DNA of 64,000 nucleotides from Lophium mytilinum (Eukaryota): NCBI GenBank assembly GCA_010093605.1, contig MU004202.1, positions 445,560 to 509,559 of the forward strand, read 5' to 3'. Shown piece by piece: positions 1 to 9,937 of this stretch (position 1 is its first letter; each line of letters starts with the position of its first letter). The notes under the pieces were generated by a model. It saw only the letters and a program-made list of their open reading frames with translations, ran no database searches and was not told where the DNA came from. The position numbers and the translations under genes were made by a program.

Positions 1-2
1 TT

Positions 3-647
3 GACCTGTCGCATGTTTCACATCAAACGATGCGAGATGTCATCTCCGTCGCACGCGCGCCGGTGATCTTCTCGCATTCTGGCGCGTACGGCGTGCAGAA
101 GCATCTCCGCCACGTCCCCGACGACGTGCTGCGGTCGGTGAAGAAGAATGGCGGTATCGTCATGGCAGTGTTTGTCAGCCGCTTCCTCAACATGAAGCAC
201 CCAGAAGAGGCCACGATTCACGATGTCGTCGACCACATCCTGTACATTGCAGACGTGTGCGGCTGGGAGTGCGTGGGCATCGGCAGTGATTTCAGCGGGA
301 CACCAAATGTGCCCATTGGACTTGAAGATGTTTCGAAGTTTCCAGATCTGATACAGCTGTTGATGGAACGTGGTGCCACAGATGATCAGGTCAGGCTCCT
401 TGTAGGCGAAAACATTCTGCGGGTCTGGGGGAACATCGAGCAGCGGGCACATGAGATCCAAGCTGGGGGTGAACTTCCGGTAGAGGCGGAGTGGGAAGGA
501 AGGCAGTGGCACAAGGGAATTCGCGGCTCGCCATGGATGCTCAGAGGAAGCCGAGAGAAGGCTGCGGAGAATGGCGCGGCGGAGAAAGCTTTCCAATGGC
601 ACGTCGATCAGGATGGGAAGCACAATGCTCCGGTGAAGAACATTTAG
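3..647 (+). CDS. Membrane dipeptidase (peptidase M19 / renal dipeptidase family), 3' part; 5' end lies upstream of the window
   Basis: The frame is open from position 3 ([12 protein letters not shown]...) and contains the family motifs [41 protein letters not shown] and [10 protein letters not shown]. Stop TAG at 645-647. Confidence 0.92.
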   Translation, partial: DLSHVSHQTMRDVISVARAPVIFSHSGAYGVQKHLRHVPDDVLRSVKKNGGIVMAVFVSRFLNMKHPEEATIHDVVDHILYIADVCGWECVGIGSDFSGTPNVPIGLEDVSKFPDLIQLLMERGATDDQVRLLVGENILRVWGNIEQRAHEIQAGGELPVEAEWEGRQWHKGIRGSPWMLRGSREKAAENGAAEKAFQWHVDQDGKHNAPVKNI

Positions 648-1248
648 GTCTAGGACAAGGTGGCTGATCAGTATGAGAACTATATGCACTATATGAAGAT
701 AGAGGCATACAAGGATCGACGTATTGTACGCGCTGTCACGTGTCCACATACTTGGTTGCGTTCTTTCCCACCCCACCATAAAGCCCTAGCAGAAAGATTC
801 AAGGAAGCCGATTATGTGGAGCACCTAACGATAGGGTGGTCAAGGGTCGCTGCTAGACCACCATTCCCCTCGGAGAGAAGTCCTATCCGGGCTTAAGACG
901 GGAGGAACATCATTTAAGTGAAGATTGCGAATGTGGCACTTGTACCAAGTGTTCAGCAGAACCGAGCTCTGACCCACAGTTCCCAGGGACTAGGAGACAA
1001 CCCCTGTGCGCTATAAGACTCCACCTCTACAAGACCAAGCCTGGAAGAATACAGAAGCAAGGCATCTTCAGCGGTGGGTTTCTAGTTTTTATCACGCCAT
1101 GGCCCGCAGTTGAAGACTGCTTTCTGACACCGTTAGCTTGCTTCATGCTACATTTAAAGCTCGTAGGCGCGTGAACAGAGTAGCCAGAGCTCCAAAGCTC
1201 ACTCAATCTCCTACGAAGCTACCTTCTGCAGACTAATGCGCAGAAGAA

Positions 1249-3019
1249 ATGGCAATACTAAATTACCTAAGCCCGCTGGAGGTATTGAAATGGCTTTTCA
1301 TCGCTCCAGTACTAGCATTCGCCGTTTATATCCTCCAAAACGAAGTCGATCGCTATCGAAAGCGTATCAAGAACCTCCCAGGTCCTATTGGCTATCCAGT
1401 CGTTGGCAATCTTTTCCAGGTAATTTATTGCCTTTACTCTTACCAATTTTCGTGAACTGAATGCTTCTGTTTAGGTTCGCAACAAGGTCACTGCTCAGCA
1501 GTATCAGACGTGGTCGAAGACATATGGCGACGTCTTTCAAGTTCAACTCGGCAACACCACAGCCGTAGTCATTAACAGCTCTAAAGCCGCGAAAGCCTTA
1601 TTCTTAGGCCAGAGCCACGCCCTCAACTCGCGGCCGACCTTCTACGTCTTCCATGGGAAGCTGTCCAAGGCCGGAAAGTCTGTTACGAGCATTGGCACCA
1701 GCCCTTGGGATGACAGTTGCAAGCAGAGGAGAAAGGCTGCTGCGGGAGCTTTGATCAAGTCCAAGGTTGAAAGTTACGCTCAAATTTTGAATTTGGAATC
1801 TCGCGAATTTCTGAAAGACCTTCTCGCGGATTGTCAGAATGGCGAGGTCGATCTGGATTTCCGTCCTGCTGTGAGGCACTTCTCGCTCAATCTGAGTTTG
1901 ACGCTTAATTACGGGACCAGGTAAGCATCACGTGGGGTCTTTCGAGAAGATTGAGAGCACTCTAACTGATTCTAGGGTTGCGAGCGTAAAGTCTCTGAAT
2001 GACGATCCTCTACTTCGCGAGATCATCTACGTGGAGGCTAAGATCTCGGCGTTCCGCGACACTTCGAAGAACTACGCAAACTACATTCCACTGCTGCGCT
2101 ATTGGGAGCCAATCGCATCATTCCTTGGTTTGAACAAAAGCCCAAATGAAGCAGCCGATATAGGTCGACGCCGCCTAGCGTACAACAATGTTCTTCTAGA
2201 GAAACTAAGTCAGGAAGTAAAGGAAGGACGCGACAAGCCGTGTATTCAAGGGGCCGTATTGCGAGACCCGGATGCCGCTAGCTTGACAAGAGAAGAGCTC
2301 ATCAGTGTCAGTCTGAGCATGATGGCCGTGAGTCCTCCCCTTCTCTACGTTTTCAAGAAGTAGCAGGCCGCTCACCGTAATCGGTGTACCAGGGCGCCGA
2401 CTCCAACATACCCACGCTCGGCTGGGCAATCCTCTTCCTAGCTCATTCCCCGGATATCCAAGAGACTGCTTACAATGCCATCCGGGACGCCGGCATTCTC
2501 GAACTTCCGTCCACCTCCTACGCTTCGACTAAAGTCCCCTACATGGACGCCTTCACTAGAGAAATATCCCGCTACTTCGTCGTCCTAAAACTCGGCATCC
2601 CACGCGCAACATACACAGACGCTACATGGGGCGCTGCCACCATCCCCGCCAATACGCTCGTATTCCTGAACAGTTGGGCGTGTAATAGAGACCCCGAGCA
2701 TTTCCCAGATCCTCACACATTCAACCCCGCCCGCTGGATCCCAAGCGAGGACGGCTCTACGCCACATGCGCACCAGTTTGCGTTTGGAATTGGGGGAAGG
2801 ATGTGTGTAGCGCAGCATCTCGCTCATAACGCGTTGTATACTGTCTTCTTGCACTTGATCGCGCATTTTAGGATTTCGCCGGCTGATGGGGAGAGCAGGG
2901 ATGAAATTGACCCGCTTGATGGATTGAAGGGGAAGTCGACTTTTGTCGGGACACCTAGAGGGTCGAAAGTGAAGTTTATACCAAGGAGTTCTCAGAATTT
3001 GAAGGCGTGGCTGCGATGA
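1249..3019 (+). CDS. Cytochrome P450, CYP504-like (phenylacetate/hydroxyphenylacetate hydroxylase type); exons 1249-1419, 1475-1920, 1976-2327, 2393-3019 (~531 aa)
   Basis: Three GT..AG introns (gtaatt..ttag, gtaagc..ctaac..ctag, gtgagt..ctcac..ccag) give one continuous frame. Motifs: N-terminal TM anchor, LPGP.GYPVVGNL, WSKTYGDVFQVQLG, NSRPTFYVFH, SIGTSPWDDSCKQRRKAAAGAL (resembles Aspergillus PhacA/PhacB), EISR (ExxR), FNPARW and heme motif FGIGGRMCVA. Confidence 0.93.
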
Positions 3020-3630
3020 TCGTTACGGTAGGCCTAGAGTGGGAATGGTTGGATGAATAGAGTACAGTCCTAGGCCATGAGTCTGGGCACATGAACTTAT
3101 TCCTGTTTGGCTCCAACTTGCGCACTTGACACCACTGTTCGGGGTAGCCTGGTTGCTGAGCAATTAGATAGAGAAGAGATAGGCTAATCTGTAGTGCTTG
3201 AGCCTCGACATCGCCGCTGGATCTTGGAAATCTTGTGGGGGTACCCCAAGCGGTGGCGAACCAGTGTGCCCAGCCTTATTGTCTGTCACTGTACCTTTCT
3301 GGGACATCATATATTTTGATTACTATCGAAAAATGGGGCAGGAAATTCCTACACAACCGCTGCGAATTGTCTTCTAGAGCGATTCCGCATGATGCCTTGC
3401 TAGCTATGATTATTAGACATGTGTTAAAATCACGATACTCCACATAACGTTTAAAGGGAAGCTGTCGATTCAGCGGAGTTAACGCTCCACCGATTCCACC
3501 CCCACCATATACTCCAAAATTATCGGTACTCGCAAAGGTAATCTTTCGCCTTGATTTCCGGAAGTATCAGGTTTTGGAGTCACGGCCAAAATCACATTTA
3601 TCTTTTCAGCCGGTAACACAAATAGCATCC

Positions 3631-3656
3631 TGAGTCATTCGCTTATTGATGACTCA
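3631..3656. promoter_or_regulatory. Inverted pair of AP-1/Gcn4(CpcA)-type sites TGAGTCAT-N10-ATGACTCA
   Basis: Perfect 8-bp inverted repeat, each arm containing the bZIP consensus TGA(G/C)TCA, 103-128 bp upstream of the ATG at 3759. Confidence 0.5.
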
Positions 3657-3758
3657 CCCCGCCTACCGTTAGAATACTGATAGTAAGCCCCCGCTCGGGA
3701 TGATCAAACTCTTGAAACTGTCAACCCCAAATCGCACGCATAGAGCATTGTTCCCATC

Positions 3759-4883
3759 ATGTCTTCCTCATTCATGACGCTACCGCGAGAGTTGCGGCAG
3801 CGGATCCTACTCTTATCCCTACCGCCTGTCATCCAGCCAGCCATCGTGCCATACTTTTCCATCCCTGCTCAGAATCTCCTCCACATAAGCCGTATCATTC
3901 GACAAGACATGTACTGGGTCATAAACACCTACTCTCCCTGCTTCTACCTCAACAGTCCTTCTCATTTAGACGTCTTCCTTTCCTCCCTCAACAAAGACTT
4001 CAGGATTCTCTCATTCGACTACGCGCCCAAATTTGCGCATGCCAGTCTCAACATCTTCCACGACGCCGAGGTCGAGACGATGCAATGGACCTGCTACTGC
4101 CGCGGCCGCGGCATGCACACCCACGACGAACTCGTCGACGCCTGGGCAGCCGCCGTCTCCAGTCTACCCTCGCAGATGCGCACGATCCTTCTAGACATCA
4201 CCCCCGCGCCGGGACCGATGCGCTCGAACAAGCCCGAGTGGGTACCCGGCTTCATCCAAGACCGGCGCATCTCCCAGAAGTTCGTCGGCGAGCACGGCGG
4301 CGTTCTCCTGCGGCTCATCCAATGCATTCACGAGCGTTTCGGCGACGGCGTCGCGATACAACTCAACGGCCAGCTAAGCGAGAAGAGTCGCTCGGCCCTC
4401 GATGCTTTCATAGACCTCAGCACTGCAGCTGGCATGGACGTTAGCTTCGTGGGAGATATGCTGGCGGTGCAGCCTAGAGTTCCGAGGCCGCGGATCTGGA
4501 AGGCTGTGAAGAAACTGGCGCCCGTTCGGTGCAGATGGATCGCGGAAGAAAACCGATTGGTCTACCTGCCTGCTAAGGAGGGGCAGGAGCGGCTGGTTGC
4601 AGGCATGCGCGATGTTAATTGGTCGGTGGATACGCAGAAGCTGTGGACGCGGCTTGCGAATCAGGACGAGGCGTGGGTGGTTGCCCTGCTCCCGAAGTTT
4701 GGCCAGTTCAAGATGGATGGACATCTCTACGAGATGGATTTCTTGCCCATGGACAACAGACAGCGCGCTTTAGTGCACAATATGGCAAAGGACCTGGGTT
4801 ATGAGTCTCAAGCTGTGGGGGAAGAGCCAGAAAGATTCGTGAGAATCGAGAAATACGCTGACAATCCTCTGATCCGGGACTAA
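3759..4883 (+). CDS. Hypothetical 374-aa protein with N-terminal F-box-like motif and C-terminal R3H domain
   Basis: Intronless ORF. N-terminus SFMTLPRELRQRILLLSL is the fungal F-box-like 'F..LP.ELR..I' pattern. C-terminus FLPMDNRQRALVHNMAKDLGYESQAVGEEPERFVRI fits R3H (R-x3-H, then G..S...G.EP.R.V). Confidence 0.8.
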   Translation: MSSSFMTLPRELRQRILLLSLPPVIQPAIVPYFSIPAQNLLHISRIIRQDMYWVINTYSPCFYLNSPSHLDVFLSSLNKDFRILSFDYAPKFAHASLNIFHDAEVETMQWTCYCRGRGMHTHDELVDAWAAAVSSLPSQMRTILLDITPAPGPMRSNKPEWVPGFIQDRRISQKFVGEHGGVLLRLIQCIHERFGDGVAIQLNGQLSEKSRSALDAFIDLSTAAGMDVSFVGDMLAVQPRVPRPRIWKAVKKLAPVRCRWIAEENRLVYLPAKEGQERLVAGMRDVNWSVDTQKLWTRLANQDEAWVVALLPKFGQFKMDGHLYEMDFLPMDNRQRALVHNMAKDLGYESQAVGEEPERFVRIEKYADNPLIRD

Positions 4884-5253
4884 GGCAAAGATGCAAAGAT
4901 ACGAAGGAATGAGGTTCATGGGCGATATGGGCGCTTATGAGGGTTCGGAGGTGAAGGTGTGCGGACGGCGCCGCGGGTGTTGTTAAAACTGTAACGCCCC
5001 TAGCTGACGCCCAAATTTATTCTGATCCGGGCATCTTTCCAGATCTGCGTTTCGGGGTTGGTCGATGACAGAGGCTCCTGGTCTAGCATTCTATTTGCCT
5101 CATCATTGTCACCAACATCCGTGATGTTCAGGCTGGAAAATTTATGCGTTGTTGAAGAACATAATGCTAACATATACATGGGAATCGAAAGCGGCACGCC
5201 CTCGAAATCCTATCGAGAAGGAAACGGCATCATAAGATCTATCAGCGATCGGT

Positions 5254-6464
5254 TCAGATATACACCACGTTGTAGTCCCCCAGCAGCGTAGTTCCATCCT
5301 CCGAGAGGGCCGGGTTGCAGAACTCTAGCGGATCAGATACTCCGTGTCCGCAGTCTACCGTTGCCATATAGCAGTTGTAAGTCGGCGTGAAGGTCGCAAA
5401 CGCGGTCGTTCCGAGGGCCTGGCCAAGGTTGTTTGTCACTGTTACCGTGGTCCCGTTCTGGACCGCCTCGCTCATTGATTTGCCAATCGCAATAGCGAAG
5501 TCGTACGAAACACCCACCGCGACCTGGAAGCCGAGCAGGTCAGAGCCAGCGGTGGTTGTGACGGACGCGCCGACTGTGTTTGTGATGGTTTGGTCAGAGG
5601 TCGAGGTCATGGTGGTCGAGAGTGAGATGCCCTTGTTGATGAGGAAGCTGCAGGAGCCAGTGGTGCAGGTCTGCGTGTTCGCGACTAGGGTTTGGTAGCC
5701 AGCGGCCGGGAAAGCATCGCCCTGGGGGGTGGCAACGCAGTCTTCACGTGCGACGAGAGCGCGGGCGCGGGCGCGGGCGGCGGGGGAGAAAGAGTGCGAG
5801 GTCTCGGACTCCAGCTCTGGGCTTCTTTCTTCATGCTTCTTGGAGAGAGTCTGTGCCTCTTCCTTCTTTGAAGCGGCCTCTGCTGCACCTTTCCTGAGCG
5901 TGAGGGCGTCGTTGCCCGCAGAGATTAGAGCGCAGTCACCGACACCGCAGCAGAAGGTTCCTGATAGGTTTGAGCCCTCCTAGATATATCATTAGCCCGA
6001 TGTTTGCGTAGATGCCAAGTGAATTATAGAACTTACGGGAATAGCAGAAAAGTAACAGCCGCCGTCTCGGCCCGCATTGATGATCACGTTTCCATACGGC
6101 TGTATGGGACCACCAAGCTGGTTGTAGTGCCACTGGGAGTAGTCGGTCATCAACGCAATCCGGCAATGGTCTTCATCCTTCGCCGCCTTCCACCACACGT
6201 TGTAGGCACTGCTCCCCGTCGCAAAGGTGGCGCCCGGAAACTGGAGGTTATCAAAGTATTTCGTGGAGTCTAGCTCCTCGCTGACGCCGTGGTTAATGTT
6301 AAACAGTCCCATTCGCTGGGATCAGGACTGTCGGTATAAGTAGCGTTGATGGGGTTCTGGCAGCCTGCGTCTGAGAATGGCCTCATATGAAAAGTACCGG
6401 CGAGGGCACTGGACATGAGAGAGGATATAACTGCGATCGCAGCGGGAGAGAATTTGATAGGCAT
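5254..6464 (-). pseudogene. Secreted Cys-containing protein with C-terminal aerolysin/ETX-MTX2-like beta-pore-forming domain; exon 6464-6037 (1-nt frameshift near 6270-6321), intron 6036-5980, exon 5979-5254
   Basis: Signal peptide MPIKFSPAAIAVISSLMSSALA. A 57-nt gtaagt..gctaat..ctag intron. Exon 2 reads EGSNLSGTFCCGVGDC, a charged linker, ALVAR|EDC, then Ser/Thr-rich strands flanking the alternating hairpin VGASVTTTAGSDLLGFQVAVGVSYDFAI, ending FTPTYNCY..DC..FC..GDYNVVYI*. Exon 1 is 428 nt, one base short of frame, so it is either a pseudogene or a sequencing error. Confidence 0.72.
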
Positions 6465-7083
6465 GATCAAAAGCAAAGTCTAGGTCGACGAGACTGGAGA
6501 ACGTAATGAAAGCTGAAGGAAATAAAGAATGAAGATGGTCGGATGAATTTTGGGTATAATGATCTTAAGAACCGCTATATACTTATTGAAAGGTCGAAAT
6601 GGCTCCATTATTAGACCCATGAGGTGTTGGCATCCTGGGCACGATGGTTTGCACTGCCTTCGAAGTCGAAGCACTTCCAGGAGACCATGACCGCATAGAG
6701 AATGTTCGCATCCTTCCAGTTGTCGCTTCATCCTTCAAGAGATTGATTTTCATCCTCCAGCTTGGTGCTTGCTCAAAATGCATCCTTTGGTGGGGAGATG
6801 CAGGGCTATGAGTGTGGCACTGCTGACTTGTACGTATTTTCTGGGGCTGGAACTCTTGTCGAGCTGCTGACTACGAGCTCGGAGGTAATTCAGATCGACG
6901 GGCTTGAGTGTTGGACAGCCTATCTCGGGTGGGGCCTGTGGCAGACAGATTGATGGATGCCAGGGGAACCCAAGGGGAGGCATGAGTGAGGTTACCTGTT
7001 TACGTCACGCTGAGCGCTTGGGTCGTGTTCAGTAGGTAAAAGCAGGATAGCAGTAGGGGTCTGCAGGCAGGGGTCTGCAGGTA

Positions 7084-9176
7084 CAGTAAAACCTCGGTAG
7101 AGTGATACGGTTTTTTAGGCCGTTTCGTATCACTATATAGAGAGTATTACTGTATTTAGGTTTATTAGTAATCTACTTAGTAAATAATAATTAGTTAATA
7201 ATATCTTATATTCTCGCCTATAAAGCTAAAATAGATGTATTCTAAGCTATCTAAGGCTACTAAGATTACTAGAAAAAGTTAGATATATATAATTACTTAG
7301 TATTTTAGATCTTCTATTCTCTTAGGTATTAGTTATACTAATAGAGAGCCTAAATTAGAGCTAATTTACTATCCTTCTACTGCTTTTTATATAGCCTAAG
7401 AGTAGCTAAAGTATTAATAGCTTTCTAGATCTTAATTATAGAATCCTTCTATATCTTCTTAGCATTTAATTTATTATCTTTCTATCTAGAATATAGCCTA
7501 ATAATAAAGAAAATAGCGTTCTCTAATAGCTTAATAATTTTCTCTTTATCTAGATAAATAAAATTAAATATATCTATATATTACTAGATTCTTTCTACTA
7601 TTTTTAAGGTATCTAGGCACTACTATATATTATCTAATAGGGGGGGTTCTATATAGTTCTTAGAATACTAAGAAGGGCCCTTATAGTTACTAAATATAGT
7701 TAATTTAATATATTAATTTAAAATAGTTAATAGCTTAATAAGGTTCTATATAGTAATAGCCTATTAAATAGCCTATAATATATAGATTTTCTTAAGAGAA
7801 TTCTTTTTCTCTATAGTCTAATTAACTATAAAGTATAGCTAGAAACGCTAATAATAGGCCTTAAAATTATAAATAATACCCTAATCTATAGGCTAATAGA
7901 TAGATATATAATTAGAGGGTAAAAATACTACCTTAGTATTCTTTAAGGTGTTATTATTATTTACTATTTCTATAGTGCTCTTATAAGCGCTAAAGCTATC
8001 TAAAAGAAGTACTACCTTTCTTCTATTTATTCTCTTATTAAACTAGAATAGATACTCTAGTATTAGGCTTCTAGTTATCTACGCTTTCTTATTATTCTTC
8101 TAGCTAAAGTCTATTCCTCTTATATTTACCCTATTAGAACTAAAATACTATAGATTAATAGCTATTCTAATAATCTAAAGTAGAAGCTTATTAGTTCTAT
8201 TACTATTTAAATAATTAATAATAGTAATGCATACTTTCTATTTCTTTAAACTAGGTAGTTACTTAGTAGCTAAAGTAATATTAAATATAGCCTTCTAAAA
8301 GAGGCTATATTTATCTATATTATATATATCTAATAGCTAGTAATTCTCTACTTTTTAATATACTATTACTATCTCTTTCTTAGTATTCTTAATTTAAATA
8401 GATCCAGCCTCTCTATATTACTTTCTTTTCCGCACGCCGTTTCTTATCTTCTAGCCGTCTAGCTAGCTATTAGAAAAGGCGGGCATTAGCTTATAATTTA
8501 ATACTATAATAGACTACTATAGACTCTAAGTAGCTATCTATAAAAGGTCTTCTATAATAGAAACCTATAAAGCTTATAGAACCTAGTACTATTTAAAAAG
8601 AGCCTTATCTAGAAGGGGGTACTTAGTAGCTCTTTTTCTCTCTCTTCTACCTTATTCTTTTTATAGCCTAATTCTATCTAGGTCCTTATATTTTTAGCTA
8701 AGAATTAATAATACTAAGAACTAGCTAATATAGTATTAAAATTAATCTATAGCCTATAGGGCAAGCTATTTTTATTATAATTTAGGGTATTTAGTATAGT
8801 AATTATAGATTTACTTACGCTTAAGGTCTATAATACTATAGTAACGCTATTAGTTAGAGTTCTAGGCGTAAGGTATTATAGGATTAATATTTAGGTATAA
8901 AAATAATAGAAATTAATAGCTTTTTAATAGATATATAATATTATTTAGATAGAGAATATAAAAAGCTATATAGCCGGCGCAGAAAAACCGCCTCTAGATA
9001 ACCTTAAAATAGCGGTATAGCCCCCTAGTTAGTATAATTTTAGTAAAAGGGTACTAGTAATACCTTTATAAGTAGTAATATTACTATTCTTATATAAAAA
9101 TATATAGTTAGCTAAAATATATTACTCTATAGAGTATATTACTATACTCTAAAAATACTATACTAAGGTTTTACTA
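7084..9176 (-). mobile_element. pogo/Tigger-type (Tc1/mariner superfamily) DNA transposon, RIP-inactivated
   Basis: Left TIR CAGTAAAACCTCGGTAGAGT (7084). Right TIR reads TAGTAAAACCTTAGTATAGT on the minus strand (ends 9176). TA flanks both ends (7082-7083, 9177-9178). Length is ~2.1 kb. Confidence 0.88.
7250..8878 (-). pseudogene. CENP-B-like HTH + DDE transposase relic of the pogo element (ends approximate)
   Basis: The minus strand at ~8400-8490 reads MPAFSN(G)(W)LDG(W)K.RNGVRKRK..(G)EAGS, the CENP-B/Tigger HTH-linker signature. Many TAA/TAG stops from RIP. Confidence 0.82.
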
Positions 9177-9717
9177 TAGGGATTTCGCTAATTACTAGAA
9201 GTATTAAGGGTGCCTACCCTAATTAGAGGGTATAGAGCGGCGGTCTTTAGCTAACCTTATATAGATCTAAGTTAAAAATAAATCTTTCTAGTATTTTAAA
9301 TTTACCTTTATATAATTTATATACTATATTTACTTTAGATATATTTACTATAAATAAGAATTAGAGTAGTATTAGTCTTAAAGCTAAAAATAACTTAAAA
9401 TAGACTTAGGGAAAAAAATAACTTAGAAATATTTTATTTTATATATAATTTTTAAAAGGCTAGATTATTACTATTTATAACTATACTCTAGAGTAAAATA
9501 ATACTATAGAGTTACTTTATAATAGTCTAATCTTTATAGTAAATTTATTAAATAGTAGGGCTTACCTTATAATAAATTTTTTATAAAGATATACTATAGT
9601 AAAGCTCTTAATTAAGTATTATCTATAATTAATCTATATCTAATATACTTTTAAAAAAAGGTATACTTAGCTTATAAGCTTATATAAAGTACTTCTATAA
9701 AATACCTTTAAATAAAG

Positions 9718-9937
9718 TATTATAGCCGTAACGCAACCCCTATTATAATACGTTTCTAATATATATAATAGTGTTATATACTCTCTAGTATATAATTACT
9801 ATTATATAACTAGGCTTAGCGCTAGCCTTATCTACCTCTTAGCCGGCGCTCCGCGCTCTTCTTTCTCTCTTATAGCTACTTTATCTATATATACTAATAT
9901 TAGGTCTTCTTTTATAATCTACTATTATACTATAATA
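9718..9937 (+). repeat. 5' LTR of element A
   Basis: Direct repeat of 17774-17993 and inverted copy of 60333-60552. Confidence 0.95.

Noticed and set aside
18..779. 253-aa minus-strand ORF and other antisense/overlapping ORFs in 1-7000 (e.g. 1604-1879, 2585-2866, 4085-4444, 5387-5698)
   Set aside because: Shadows of the real genes, with no recognisable motifs.
3..3019. Naming the dipeptidase gliJ/sirJ or the P450 phacA/phacB
   Set aside because: Family-level motifs only. No NRPS or other ETP genes are in the window and orthology cannot be established by eye.
6358..6398. Candidate GT..AG intron that might repair the frameshift in the toxin-like gene
   Set aside because: Only 27-41 nt with no branch site. 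The 41-nt option runs into a TGA and the shorter ones do not change the frame.
6480..6983. Several 63-83 aa ORFs upstream of the toxin-like gene
   Set aside because: Short, mutually overlapping and motif-free; most likely promoter/intergenic DNA.
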